The position numbers were made by a program, and so were the translations under genes. Shown piece by piece: positions 30,887 through 46,216 of a DNA stretch of 64,000 nt. The DNA lies in the NCBI GenBank assembly GCA_012295275.1, contig CM022672.1, positions 2,418,001 through 2,482,000 of the forward strand, in the 5' to 3' direction. The stretch comes from Chrysomallon squamiferum (Eukaryota; Animalia; Mollusca). The notes beneath the pieces were generated by a model. That model did no database searches. It was not told the origin of the DNA and saw only the letters and a list, made by a program, of their open reading frames with translations. Each line of letters opens with the position of its first letter. Position 1 is the stretch's first letter.

Positions 30887-32302
30887 CTGTGGGTGTTGAA
30901 ACAGATTTCAGACGAATATGCATTATTTTGTTACAAGTAATTTCCACATTTACTTGACAGCCATATATTGAAAATCTTATTTGAAACGAATTACCTCCTT
31001 TAAACGCAACCCAGTAATCTTTGAGCAAAAGGAGGGGATAAAAAAAAAAATAAACTTTTAATATGGGATGAAAAAAAAACGAAAGAAAAGAAAACAAGAT
31101 ATAAATAACAACAGAGCAAAAAAAAAGAAAACCTTGGCTGAGACCCCAATCAGTCTCGGCTATTTCATTCAAGTCAAACGATTTGTTTGAAGTACGCGAA
31201 CATTACAATGACCAACGACTCACAACATCAAACAGCCACGTAGATAATGTGCTATGTCTGGACATGCGTAAATAAGAACAAAATAAAGTTTAATGCAAGT
31301 ACACGAGTACAGCAGACATGCGTCCCTGGCAGTGTCGTTAACTGTTTTAGCTTGTGTCATATCGGCTTCGGTTTGTGAATGAATGAGTGTCACAAATAGG
31401 TCATTAAGTTGTTCAAACTCTTCCTGTGGGGTATTGTAATATATCTACTCAAGAACGACACAACACAGAATCGATAAAAAAACAAACAAACCGAATAAAT
31501 TTATTATTATTATTATTATTATTATTTATTATTATTTATTTATTTTTTATTATTTATTTATTTATTTTATTTTTATTTATTATTATTTTATTTATTTATT
31601 TATTTATTATTAATATTATTTTTATTATTATGTTTTGTTTGTTTTTACTTTTCAGGGTAGCACTGACTGAGCTTATAGAACGTTGACTATGGATAATTTA
31701 CATATCAATACTTTCATACTTAATATATACTTTCATGCTTACTTACATGCTTGCACACACACACACATAAACACACACACACACAAATAGACATACACAT
31801 ATTATAAGAATAATACAAACACACACAGACATGCATGCAATATCGTATCGCTGGTATTTTTTTACAACTTAGTTCTTGCGTTTTTAGTCTGTGTAAAATT
31901 CGTGTAATCAAGTTCTCTTCATTCCTTAACAGAGTCCCAGTTGTCATCACTCATTCTTTTTTAATTCTTTCTTTTCCTCCTTTTTTATTTTTCTTTATAT
32001 CTCTATCTATCTATCTATCTATCTATATCTATATCCATATCTATATCTATATCTATATCTCTATATATATGTTCACTAACCATAATCCTAATTTAACAAA
32101 CATTTGAAGTTGTCAGTCCAATATGTCTGTCTTGTATACATCATCCCTTGACCTCTGTCTTTAATACTATTTTAAGAATTTTATTTTTAATTTTCTACAA
32201 AAAGGCACGTGCAAATGCACTAATATCTGGGCATGCGTGCAGTGTCATTCTATTACCCCAAGTATCGCACCAAATTGATTTCTTCACGGGGGATCATCCG
32301 GC

Positions 32303-32335
<33 letters not shown>

Positions 32336-32819
32336 AAAAAGAATTAAAAAACATAAAAAAAAAAAATTGTTTATTTTATCTCTTACACAGTATTTTTACA
32401 GTCACGAACGACAACTGGCATAAATCATGTCTTATGTTGTTGTTTTTTTTTTTTTTTTTTTTTTTGTCCTTGGCTAGTTTTAAATACCTTCTTCAACAGC
32501 CGACAAGGTAAACTAGTTACCTGGCTTGGTCGACAAAAGACCCGGTTACACGATATTTCCACTCACAGCGCTAGGCCTGAGGAGCGTGGGTACATCTTGT
32601 TTCACGTTAACACACAAATTACTAAACAAAGTAATGTTGTAAACTTGCAAAACTTTTTAATGAAGAGGTTATATATATATATATACGCCAAATGACATTA
32701 GTTGGTATATAGGTATTTGTGACTTGAACATTCTCTGTCTGATTAGACTCTGTACATAAACATCGTTGAGGAACGCAGTGGCACAGGAGGACAAAGTCCT
32801 GACACGACCTCACAAACCT

Positions 32820-32899
32820 CGTCAGATGAGATTCGAACGCATGGTGGCTATTCGCCCGCACTCCGAACACAACGTACGTTACGGTTCGGCCATCAAGAC
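32820..32899 (-). pseudogene. tRNA-Leu-like pseudogene or tRNA-derived SINE head
   Basis: Minus strand GTCTTGATGGCCGAACCGTAACGTACGTTGTGTTCGGAGTGCGGGCGAATAGCCACCATGCGTTCGAATCTCATCTGACG aligns to metazoan tRNA-Leu (GTCAGGATGGCCGAG...GGTTCGAATCCCAC..CTGAC). A and B boxes and long variable-arm spacing are present, but the stems are disrupted. Confidence 0.6.
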
Positions 32900-35800
32900 A
32901 GCATAATAAGCTTTTAGACATATGATATTGTGGAACGTATTTAATGCCGATCATACACACAAGTAATGACATAAGTTAATCATCTTAAAAGATAAAATTA
33001 GATAAGTGTTTGCATACATTCCAAAGAATAATCGGCCAATAAACTGAGGGTAACTGTCGGTTCATACGTGTATGTAATGTATTTAAGAATTAGAAAAACA
33101 CACTGGTATGGGAATTTATTTTCTTCTATTATTAACAAAAATAATCATTTTCAAATCTTTAAACTGACCATTGAAATGTATATTACAGTGTGCTTTTGAC
33201 TTTTGTTTATATATTTATTATTTCAAACACTATTTACAGAGTATCCTTTCTCAAAATCTGTTTAAAAAATGCAACATTTCAAACAAAAAGATTCCCAAAC
33301 ATTCGGAAAAAAATAACATATCCTTCGTAAACATTTTAGAACATTTCCGTGTCTTTTATTGAGTTAATTCGTAAATCCTTTGGAAACATAACCTGAATCA
33401 GGCATATTTCATCAGAAAATCGCGTAGAGACTAAAATGTCCTTTAGACTTGTTTTTTTTCTGTAAGCTATGACGGGACGTGCTGTTACTGGGTTTAAGTT
33501 AAAATATTGTTAGTCTGTAAGTTAAAATATTGCTCCTTCATAATTTTACCAATGTCAACGTTTCGGCGATTATAAATTATTGGGAAAATTATATTATCTC
33601 TCTCTTTACATTTGTATGTGTGTATGAATGTATATGTATGTGGGTGTGTATGTATGTATGTATGTGTATATATATATATATCCATGCATATATATATGTA
33701 CGTATGTATTTCATGTATGTGTGTTTGTAAGTATGTATGCATGTGATATTTTATATATACACCTATACATAATTTAGGTGTATATATATATATATATATA
33801 TATATAACGTTCTTCTTATGCTGCTTTTCTGCACATTCATATTTTGTTACATCAGAAGCATTTTATTTGTACTGAAACACCTGTCCCTCACCTTGAAGAT
33901 AATTGTTATTTCGGTCAAATGCATGACATGATATTCAGCATTCTTTGTGATAACAAAACAGATAATGCAAATCATTTTGTGTGTCTGTTGAACCGAACTA
34001 AATACCTTTCTAACTCATGTAAATTGTGTAATGAATTGATTTCAACTATGTTAGGAATTTCTCAATTTGGTTATCCATACAAAACAAAACATAACGAAAC
34101 AAATAAATACATAAATAAATAAATAAATAAATAATAAAAAGATAAAACAAATAATAAATAACATAAATGTTGTTGATTAAAAATTAGATGTTATATTTTT
34201 GTTGTTCTTAATAATAATAACAACAACAACAACAACAACATCAACAACAAGAATAAGCAACCCGATAATAAGATAGTGATTCTTTATCTTACAGATTTTA
34301 TATTTTGTATAAAATGTGACCCTCCATCAAAAAACTAGTGGAAAGTATCTTTGTCCAGTAAGAGGACAATCATTAAAATTCTTAACAGGTTTTGTATTGA
34401 ATGGTAACAAAAGAACATCGCTGAACCAGTAACAGCTTTACGTACAAAATAAGATAACTCTATAATTTAAAGGGTGTGAACACACAAAGGAAACTGTAAC
34501 ATGTTATTATCTTTCAATTTTAAAATGAAATCTCATTTCGAACCGCTTGGTCTACCGATGTTTAATTAGATGTCACTTCTTAGAGCAAAATACCTTCACC
34601 GCCACACAGCATAGGACAAGCGCCTTAGATTTCGTTCTTCTAATAATTATCATTGTAATAAAACTTATACCATTATTTCCAGTGACGGTCTCAGGCCCTC
34701 ATTTAGGCGATGATTTAGTTCAGCTCTCTTCCAGTATCCGTTTGTGTTCGCGGAGATATAAAATTCTTGTTGATAAATGCCAGTAGTTTTGTTACCCTTG
34801 GAATGACTTGATGGGTAGTTTTGTTTTCTTTTCCTTTCCCAAACCAGGTCAGTACTCTATCTAAGGAAGCCATCAATACCCTTATCAGTTCCGATGATCA
34901 AGCACCCCCTCCCCGTTTTCCTTTTCCCTTCTCTGTTGTTGCATGCTGTGAAGTGAATAAGTATTTTGCTTCGGAGCGCGGTGCAGTCTTAAACTTAAAG
35001 CGTTCACGCTTGCGTAGCTTTGTTGAAGAAAAAAAGCTTCACAATCTTGACAAAAAGAACAGAAAAGAAATATGAATGGATCGAGATTTTTTTGCATAAA
35101 AGCAAACAGCGATCTACGCACATGGTTTTATTATCTCTTTATTGTGTTATATACAAAAATCTCTCATCTTTCTTTTAATGTTAAAATATGTCTTGAAATG
35201 CTTCGAGTGCCTTCGTCTACGTTTCTTTTATCTTTATTTGTTTCGAGAGAGAGAAAAAAATGAAATCAAATGTTTAACGAACACTTGTATGTAAAGGGAA
35301 TGACTTTGCACATATCTGAAAGTTTATTGTAAATAAATATAATTATGTGTCTATATATGATATGCATGTATTTATGTATGTATGACTCTATAAAGACTGC
35401 GAGTCTGTTTGTCTGTCTTTCTGTCTGTGTGTGTATGTTTATGTAAGACTGTGTATGTATGTATGTATGTACTTATGTGTGTATGTAATATTATGTATGT
35501 ATGTACGTATGTATGTACGTATGTATGTATATATATGTGTGGCTTATGTGTTTGTATGTGGATGGGTGGGTGGGCGGCTGGGTGTACTATAAAAGAGTGT
35601 ATCTTAGTTTATATATGCATATGTCTACATATCTACGTGCAAGCATATTGGTATGTGTTTATATTCTTATATGTTTCTTTGTGTGCATAATTTCTTTGGG
35701 GGGGGGGTATGTGTAAAATGGTGAACTCTTTAATACACTTTTGTAAGTAAATAAAGATGTGGCGATACATTCATCAATAAAGGTGTAAGTCAACATACAT

Positions 35801-36332
35801 GTATTCTCCAACATCCTGCTACATTTTCTTTTGATGTACAACATTCTCATACGTGCAGTTAGAAAAAAGAGCCAGAATTATCTGTTTGATACATAGAAAT
35901 AGAAACATTTGAACGTGGTTAAAAAAATTAATAATAATAAAAATTAAAAATGGGCATATTACATAATATTCACACAAAGATTTTAACGTTTTACAATTAG
36001 ACATTTAAATACACAGTGAGTGTTAAAACTATTTTCCTTCCTAATTATTTTTCAGTTCGGCAGAAATTGTATTTTCAATGAATGAAAAGATTTTAAAATA
36101 CGCATTATATACATATATATAAACTAATAAACATACACAAAAGGACACAGCTTGCCCACATAGTTTTTAATTAATAGATTTTTTAATACGGAATATTCGA
36201 AAAATGCGAAGACTTCTCCTTCATTGAATACACCAATCCCTTTACTGCGTGACATATTCATTAATAGCCTTTAAATATTTCCTTCAACGAGTCGCTGAAC
36301 GTAAATGAATAATGTTTACAATACGCACATTA

Positions 36333-36931
36333 GTGTGTGTTTATAATTATGTATGTGTGTGTATGTATATCGGTATGTATGTATGTATATATATATATAT
36401 ATACACACACACATATGCCTATACACACATATATACATTAATACACACATACACATATATACACATATACTTTCTTGCATACGTATAAATGTGCATATAT
36501 ATATGTATATATATATAGACAGACATGCACAGACACACACACAGAGACACACACATACATACATACATACATTTATGTGTATATATATGTGTGTATGTTT
36601 GTGTGCGTGTGTATATGTATATATGTATCAGTGAGTACGTATGCACATAAATGTATATGTGAGTAGATATATCTGTATGTGTATATATATATGTGCGTGT
36701 GTGTGTGCGCGTGTGTGTATGCGTGTGTTTGTGTGTATGTGTATCTATGTATATGTATATGTTTAGTTATAGTTATATAGTTACGTATGTGTGGTTGTCT
36801 GAGAGTATATATATATATATTTTGTATGTAGGTGTGTGTATGTGTGTAGACACATACATTTTTAGATATATACATACATACACACACACACACATACATA
36901 TATATATACATATATACATACATGCATACAT

Positions 36932-36997
<66 letters not shown>
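36333..36997. repeat. Long compound (TG)/(CA)/(TA) low-complexity tract
   Basis: Direct reading. Confidence 0.9.
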
Positions 36998-37001
<4 letters not shown>

Positions 37002-38691
37002 CCTCTTGGCTGAATGTCTTTTTAAATTTCTTCAAATAAGGCAGCTGACCAGGTGTTTATATTTAGACTGTGTACAAAAGACTGGGGTTGGGCCAGCTTC
37101 TAATGGGACACTGAAAGCGGCTGACACTTCCATTGAGCAGGCTTCGCGCTGACGTGCGAGGTGAAAATCTGTCAACTAATCTTCGCTTTGTGAGTGTGCA
37201 GTGCTAACAAAACCAGCTTAGGTTCAGCAAAGACATCGAGTGAGCAGTATATATGCTAGTAGTATTTGTAGATACCGTTTGTGGAAAATTAAAAATTGTT
37301 TAAATTCTGTATAGTTGCTGTTTTGCTGTTTATTTTATGTATGTATGTGTGAATGTATGTATGTTTATATGTGTTTATGTATGTGAGTATGTATGTCTGT
37401 ATGTTTGTGTGTTTATATATATGTGTGTGTATGTTTGTTTGTATGTAGGTATGTATGTCTATATGTATGCTTACGTGTTTATGTACGGATTAATGTATAC
37501 TTTATGCATACACCGGCATAGTACATGAAATTGTACTTGGTTTAAACTATTTCGCCAGTATTTTGTGTTTAGTGTACATTATTCTCAATGCAGAAACATC
37601 TTACAGAAAGATTTATAGAAAGATGTCTGTATTTCTCTCACTGTAACTAAACTTTCAAAACTATTTCCTTCCGTTCATTCTTTCACAGATTCAATACAAA
37701 CACATTTCTGGTCCTGTAGAAAGCAGATAAGGAAAATACGTCAGCCGTTAACGAGGTCTTCTCTTATGTTTCCAATGAAAACAAAACGAGAAAACGGGCG
37801 CAATGCGGAGGTCAAACAGGTCTATCCCAACATCTTGCCCGTGTCCTGCCTGCCATGATATCGAAAACTACCCCAAAAAACGCTTCTCGGGCATCATGTG
37901 TCGTAACGAGAATACGATCAGCGAATACAAGAATGCACACTGGGTGGACAGACATCACGTTCTTGAACAAATGACCGCGCGTCAGCAGACGACAATTCCT
38001 TTTGACACATCTGATGGTGTAAAACGCTGACACCGTGTAATTATGAGCGATGGTGGTTTTTGATAAAACGTTATTAGCCCTTCCACAAGCATTGATTACC
38101 GCGATGTCCCATTTTTCTCTCACAACGTCTCCAACAATGAGCATGGGCTGCTGAAGCAATTCGAGCTGGATGTAACATCGGAAAAACAAATGCATTAAAC
38201 AAATGCTGGCTTCTTCAGTTTCTGCCGACCTATGATGGCTCCGTAGGAAACCTGTCAGAAAGTATAATGACGTTTTCAAAGCCTCTGTTCATCATTTGCT
38301 TATACTTTTTTGCCTAAGCTAAGCTTTGTTTGCGGTTTATGTAACCAGAGCCTATTCGTTGAATACCTGTTTGTCGTATGATGGATGTTGATTCTGACAT
38401 TCTTTCCATTTAACTTCATTTTTCTTTTTTCCTTTTACCCCACGTAGGCCAATTGTATGTAACAATTTATAGATAGGAAGGTATCAATATTGTGTTTATC
38501 TTTTAAAAAAGATCTACATATGGAAATTTGTAAATATGGGACAAGAATATATTATGTAAATTATTTACTGATTTAGTAGTAGTAGTAGTAGCAGCAATAG
38601 TAGAAGTAGTGTATTTTTGTTCTGATAGTTCAGTATCTTGCTAATGAAATGTGGTAATCTCTTTTTTCATTCTTCTTCTTCTTTATCTTTT

Positions 38692-38729
38692 TTCTTCTTC
38701 TTCTTCTTCTTCTTCTTCTTCTTCTTCTT

Positions 38730-38804
<75 letters not shown>
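38692..38804. repeat. (TTC)n(GA)n compound microsatellite
   Basis: Direct reading. Confidence 0.95.
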
Positions 38805-38806
<2 letters not shown>

Positions 38807-39270
38807 CTGAATGATAGGGAAAGAGAAATGGCAGTACAAAACATGTTTATTACATCTATATGTTCATATATGTATATATTGATGAACAAATGAACGTATT
38901 AAAGAATTTTTTTTATTACAAAAATATTCTCTCATAACACAGCTTTTGATAAATCGGTCGAGGAAGATTGGTTGTTATGGAAAACCACGCAGTGAAAGAG
39001 AAGGTAAATATGACATATTCTGAAACGATACATTAATGATTGCTTTCATAATCCACTGAACAGAAAATGTAAAGACTTGTTGCTATTTATAAAATATATA
39101 TATCTCAGTCTAAACTCAGTATATCTAACTATTATGTTGTATGATAAGTTGTTTGTGATATAGGATGTATTTTACATTTAAATTAAAAAATTGAAAATAA
39201 AATATAATGTGACTTAAAGATATCCTGTGTTTATATGTTTCGCAATGATAATCAAAAAAAAAAAAAATAA

Positions 39271-39365
<95 letters not shown>

Positions 39366-40172
39366 AAATAAATAAAACAGAAACAAAATTGTTTTGAAAG
39401 ATAAAACTGTAACAATTCTTTTTAGTAAAAAATGTCAAGAATTCACCAGTTATCAAGATTTCATTATGGATTAAGATTTGGCTTTCAAAATAACACCTGT
39501 TTATTATTTTTATGATAATCATGGCTACATCGTTTTCGGGAGATATTCAAGTAATTGAAAAATGTTTGGAATGCTAAATATTTATAGATACAACAACGTG
39601 AGGTTTTTGAATAATCAGACTTTTAACTAAATACGCCAAGAGTATGATATTTGAATATTGATAAAACATTTGTTTTGCTGTTGACCGAAAAATAAATTTG
39701 TGGTTTGGGTGAGTCAACTGAAAGAAGGTATCTGTTTAGGTTCGTCTGTTTTAAAAATAAAATTTCCTTTAACGTCACTACTAAAACATATTAACACCTT
39801 TTCTACTATCAGCTGTTGGATATCAAATTAGAATAACTATTTCTGATGTGATACTGGTAGAAGGCAACTTTCTTTGAAAAGCGATAAAGGGGATCCTCTG
39901 CATGTACCTTCCCAAGTACAGGATGAATGGCCTGTTGAAGAATCCAGTCGTGAAAGTACTCTCTGGGACAAGAAAAGAACGAAATCTGCGACCCATCTCG
40001 CAGTGAAGAATTTAATTAGTAAAATGCAATTATTTATCTATTTATTAATTTTATTAGTTTAATTTATTTGTTGTTATATTCGTTCGTCACACCGGTCGAA
40101 TATTTATTGTTGTTTTGTTTTGTTTTGTTATTTTGTTGGTTGTTATTACGTCTCTCGTTCTTTTTTATAGTT

Positions 40173-40284
<112 letters not shown>

Positions 40285-40432
40285 CAATCTCTCAATCGAT
40301 GTTTTTGTTTTTTCTTGCTTTCTCTTGCTCTCTCTTTGTATTTTACTCATTTCTTTCTAAAGCAGGTAAATATATTTGTTTATTAAAAAAAAAAAAAAAA
40401 AAAAACATAGAACAAGATGCCTCAGCATTATA

Positions 40433-40472
<40 letters not shown>

Positions 40473-40966
40473 TGTTTTTTAATGAAAAACCACTAAAAAA
40501 TTAAAATAAAAGTTTTTCCTATTTCACACGATATAACTGCAATGCTATAAAATCCGATCTTTTGTTTCCATCAGCATTACTTACATGTCTATACAATAAC
40601 ATACATCCTTTCTATTTGGACTTTAAACTAAAAAAAAGAAAAAAGCTTTGGATCGGCATTAATTTACCATGGCGCTTTTAATGTAGACATTCGAAGATTG
40701 TTAAATATATTCAGAGAAATAACGGTCACAATTAACGTGTCATTCAAGTTTATTATCATTACTTTTGCCGTTAAATTTTCTTTTGTGCCCAATCACAAAA
40801 ATATAATCCTAGTGTCAGTAGCACTCAGAGAGCCATGAAAATTTATGTGCTATTATTTGACAAAAGTGACAGATATACTAAACTGTATACAGAAAAGAAA
40901 AAACGTATATTTGACGAAGAATTTAATGCATTTTCAGTGTGTATATATATATATATATGAGACTCA

Positions 40967-40999
<33 letters not shown>

Positions 41000-42787
41000 G
41001 ATAATGACAGAAAAATGCTGATGACGTAACGAGACTGTCTAATTATTTTTCTGGGTTTGCAGCATAGGACCTATGGGCCTTTTCCTTAGACCGGGATGCT
41101 TCGCTCTAGTGTGTGTTCTATTTCTGCTCAGTTTACACGTTACTTTGAAAAGACGATTCTCCATCTTGTTTCCTAACTAGCGGTACGACGTCTCGGACAC
41201 TCAACACCATTGTCTCATGCTCTGTCTTCAGCACACCCGACTCTCTTCTCGGTATGAAAAAAAAAAAAAACTCGGTGTTTTTCCGATCGCAGTTTCTAGC
41301 ACCTTATTAAGCGAGCGAGACAACGATGCATTGTGAGCGATCACGTAGGTTTGTTTGATTTTCCACCAATCTGAGCGAGACTTCTCCGCGTTCTTTTTAG
41401 GATCATCGACGAGTCCGGCAAAGTGGGCAACGGATCCTATTGTACACGACAGCTAATTGAGCTGTTAGTTCCCAAAATGCAGGAAGACTTTTGGCCTTTT
41501 TCAGGATCTTTTCCATTATAGGAGATACGATTTTATTTGTCAGATTTTTATTAAAAATTTTTTAGCACCCCTTGCCTAATTTTCAACGTATGAGGCTTCG
41601 GGCTTTGTGTCGAACCGTATCAAAACCGTTACCCATAGAAGCTAGGGTCGTATCAAGTACCGGCTAGAAGGAGAAAATGATTATTAATATTATTTGAACA
41701 GCAGTTAAATGTCTTGTCAATGAATGCTTTTGTATACGTGGGATGTGTGTGGCATACTGCAAATTCTAAGGTGTCATTTTCTTTTTCTTTCTATATCTCA
41801 GCACAATATTAGCGAAGATTGTACGGGTTTGTAAAGCACTTCACGATATCAATACATTATAATTCTATGACCAGATATTTGTCCGTTAATAGTACCGTGT
41901 TCGTTTAAAGTTTGGTATTTAGGACATATATAGTTTATTTCATATTGAAAAATAGTTTTATTAGTTATAAGTTTAAGAAGGTACTCGTAATGATATTTTG
42001 AATATAATCAGTAATGAGTAAATCGGTATTCCAACACGAGTATGAATACGTAGGTACAGATATACATACACCTACACATTAACATACATACATACATACA
42101 TACATACACATACCTCATACACACACTTACATACCTATGTATGCATATATATGTGTGCACGTCTTTGTGTGTCTTGCTAATGTTCATCACATTTAAACTA
42201 AAATATATCATATAAATATTTGAACAAACAATCAACAAAACTGTCGCTCTCCGTAAAATATTTATATTAACAAATCTATTTCCTTTCCTTTCTTGTGCCA
42301 CACAAAGAGAATATTATTCACAACCTTACTACGGCATACCATAAGTTTATTTCTCATTAAAAATGTATTAGAAAGTTTCGCATATTCAGGAAGTTACTTC
42401 CCCAAGCAAAGAGTGGCTTATGATTTTTATCTCAAAGCTAACACTAAACCACGCCTTTTATTCTCACTGTCTCGATGTTTGTAATATTAAATCCTCTTGT
42501 TTGGGCCTCATTCAAGACTCTGGGATTTCTACAAGGAGCGTTAACCTCTCGAACTTTTTTGCATGTGAAGACGGCAAAAATAAGCCCTCAAAGGATTTTT
42601 TGTGTAATGCATTTAAAAGGTAGACAAGACAGCTTTATGTGATGATATACCAATGTGAGCAGTTGCTTTAATGGCTACAAAAAAATCGCGTTACATATCG
42701 ACTGCTCATGTAATTCTCTTGTAAACACATCTTTGTTGTTCCTAGCCTGTCATACCTTATAATTTGAACGATTCTCTTTTTCTAACA

Positions 42788-42822
<35 letters not shown>

Positions 42823-42899
42823 TTCCATATTTTGTATTGAAAAGATATGTTATTGTTGTTGTTGTTGTTGCTTTTGGTGGTATTTTTACGCCACTTACC

Positions 42900-42937
<38 letters not shown>

Positions 42938-42995
42938 TGATGATGATGATGATGATGATGATTATAAGAAGGATCACGACGACGACGATGATGAT
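42900..42995. repeat. (ATA)n(ATG)n(ACG)n trinucleotide series
   Basis: Direct reading. Confidence 0.85.
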
Positions 42996-44780
42996 AACAA
43001 ATAAAGCAGCATATTTAACATAATTACGAGGACATACAAACGGAAGGAAAAAAAAAATCTCTTGTTTTTCGAACGCCCGTCGAGTTTTTGAAATATTTTC
43101 TTTGGTCCAAATTCCGCAGTAGTCCACTGAAGTCGACAGTTTACATGTCATTTATTATCAACGGTCCACTTCAGACGGTGATAAAAATTTACTTCCAATC
43201 ACATTTAAGAGCTGGTCCATTCTAGAAGCACTGCAGGACGGCTGAGGCTGGCTTTGGCCTTTCCACATATACATTTTTTTGTTGAATATGCCATTCTTCT
43301 TGCCCTTCTACCCGTTTCTTCAGTTGCACACCTTGCGTATAATATCTGCAGTGTCCTAACTTCGGGGGTTTTTTTTTTTTTTACATGAAACGCAATTAGT
43401 GAAGACGCATGTGTGGCGAGAATAGGATACTCGATATTCAAATGAAGTCCAAAAAAAGACCCCACTGAGAACACGCATTTACGTTTACACGCAAAGTTGG
43501 GCCATTTGCTCATTTGTGTCGCCCGTCGAAAAATCGTCCACATTCAACAGCGTGTGAAATCACTTGATGGCTGGCCAACCCCTACCGTGAATCCAGCCTG
43601 CCCTTAAAGTCTTATTACTTCTTTTTTTTCAACAGATCGCTGTTCAGTGAATGACGGGTCTAGGAGGCGTCCACCTATTTCTCATCCTCCCGTGATTGTC
43701 CACGCGTGTTTTCTTTTGTTGCTTCGTCTTAATGCGTCTATAATGACACCATTGTCACTCGATTCTTATAAACGACGTCTCGGCGCACTTTTGCATCCAT
43801 ATAAAAATACAAAAAAATATATATTTTTTTGTCATTCATTGCCAAATTTGTTCGAAAAGATGATACTGTGTGGAAGGCGATAAAAAGATAACAGAAGGTG
43901 TATTGGTCAGTTAGGACCCGTCAGTCAAATCGGTGTATCGTGTTTCTAACACCGAGTGACCATTACGTTTGTCTTGTCAGTCATGAAAATAGTTTTGAAA
44001 TAATAGTCTGAAGCAGAATATTAAAAATGTACACACTGTCATTTAGCGAATGGAAAATTCTGCTTTGATTTATATCAGTATAGTAGATGTGGTGTTTGAT
44101 AGGAAGATTTTATTTTTATTTATTTATTTATGTTTGTCATTGTTGTTGTATTGTTGTTGTCGTCTTCACCATCATCATAATTATTATTATTGCTACTGCT
44201 GTCTTTCTGCTATTGTTATACTGGTTGCTGTGATGGTAATGTACAACATATATTTACGAAAATTAACATAAATGCATCCCTACAGTTAGTTAGTTAGCTG
44301 TCTGCAGGTATTTATTTAGATATGAACAGAACAATATGCTATTGAAATTCAAACATTTTTGTAATTGCAAGCTTATCATATGACAACAAAAAATGTCATT
44401 GTTTGAGATATCAGTATTTTGATTGTAGATAACTGATAGTGACTTATGTAATACACAATATCAGACAAGTATGTTGCTTGACCCAAACAGTTATCATTGT
44501 TCACACATCAATGTTTATTTACTGTTGTGTTTATCAAACTAAAGAAGCACATTAGCAGATAGACATTTCTAAATGAATTTGAAAGTTGACATGAATTGGG
44601 ACAGTTTTTCAAAAAGATTCGATTAATATTTTGAATAAATGCCCAGTATTAAACTTTTCAGAAAGTGATACAAGAAGAAGAATCTTTAGAAAAGAGAGGT
44701 TTAACATATTAGTACTATAAAGGAGGTAAATAATATCGTAATAATATTTATTGGAAATGTTTTTGAACATGAACAGTGAA

Positions 44781-44811
<31 letters not shown>

Positions 44812-46183
44812 GAGTAACAGTGAAACTGTTTTAGTGAATGAGAGAGGATAGGGAAATTTTAAATGAGTGAAAGAAAAACATAAAATAATTTTAACGATAA
44901 AATATATTTTATTATAATACTGTTCAAGCTTTCAAGTGTCAAAATAATATCACATTCGATGATAAAATAATTTTAAAAATGTAGGAAAATACTAATTTCA
45001 CTGATATAACAGACACTGTAAATGATCGTTTTAATATACTTATTTATATCTGTAAAGAATAATTCTACGAAAAGACGGGTGCTGTCAAACAAGCTGAAAC
45101 TGGCACAAAACCCGCTTGAAGTTCAGATCAAAACACCTGTCAAAAATGTCACCTGCCGCTTATCGTAACGTTCATCTTGAGTCCACTTGTGGTCCATGTC
45201 TAATGGAATGCAAATGAGTTAATTAGACACACTTCTGGGGCGAATCCAGCGTATTTTGTGAGGGGACATAGCAAAGAGCAAGATTCATTAAAATAAAAGT
45301 ATGAAAACTATAAAAAAATAATAATAATAAAAAATAAAAAAAACAAAAAAATTATAAAGCGAATATTAGAATACTGTATACAAATGTTAAAGTTTTTAAC
45401 ATTAACAAATAACTTTTTAAATTTTTATCATCAAATAATTTAAGTCAACGTTACAGTCAGGACTCCTACACAAGGACAGAGAGAAGTGACAGAAACGTAC
45501 CAGTAACTGTTTTTATTACAGAAAATAAAAAAAAAGTAATAATAATAATGACTACAACGTCTTCCTTCGTCTTGCAGCGTGTTGTAAAAGAACAACATCC
45601 ACTTGGTCCTAAACAGATCCGAGGCGTCAGTGTCTGTTACCCCTGGTCAGCCGCACTTGAACATCAGGGCACGAGAGATATAAAAAGAACATATTAATAA
45701 GTTTATAAAAGTCAACAGAAATGATTTAATGGCTTCATACTTTCTTGATGAATCTTTAATTGGCGACGTGATCCCTCGGTCCTGCTGACAAGAGAACAAA
45801 AACCAGTGTCGGCAACAAGCTCTGTTTATGAAATAAAGTACTAAAAAAAAAAAAAAACCCACAACCACATCCCACCCCATACCAGTTTATTAACAACGCA
45901 CTGTTGTCGTGCCCACACCGAGAAGCTTAAACATTCTGTCTCGTGAACTAAAAAAAAAAAAAAAAAAAAAAAATAGTATGTATATGTATATATAATAATA
46001 ATAATAAATATATTAGAAATTAAAAACACAAACGACAGTGTGTACATAAAAAAGCAGCATGTAATCCCTGAACCATCAGGCTGCTCTGTTGTAGGGTCAT
46101 CGTGGATGTATAACCATCATCAGACATTACGAATACTTTGAAAAAGAATAACAGCACGACTTCTTGGTTCATTTGCATGTTGT

Positions 46184-46216
<33 letters not shown>

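Noticed and set aside
37812-38279. 155-aa minus-strand ORF, the longest non-repetitive ORF
   Set aside because: Non-ATG start, no recognisable motif, no clear splice signals; compatible with chance in a GC-richer island.
40719-40731. 13-nt complement to miR-2001 nt 1-13, and similar shorter matches (miR-12 3' half near 60707, miR-277-like near 3925, miR-375-like near 22419, miR-9-like near 24077)
   Set aside because: No extended pairing or hairpins and mostly AT-rich; recorded as the background level of chance miRNA matches.
41018-41040. CTGATGA...GAGAC.GTC hammerhead-like core
   Set aside because: GAAA box mutated and stems I/II not formed.
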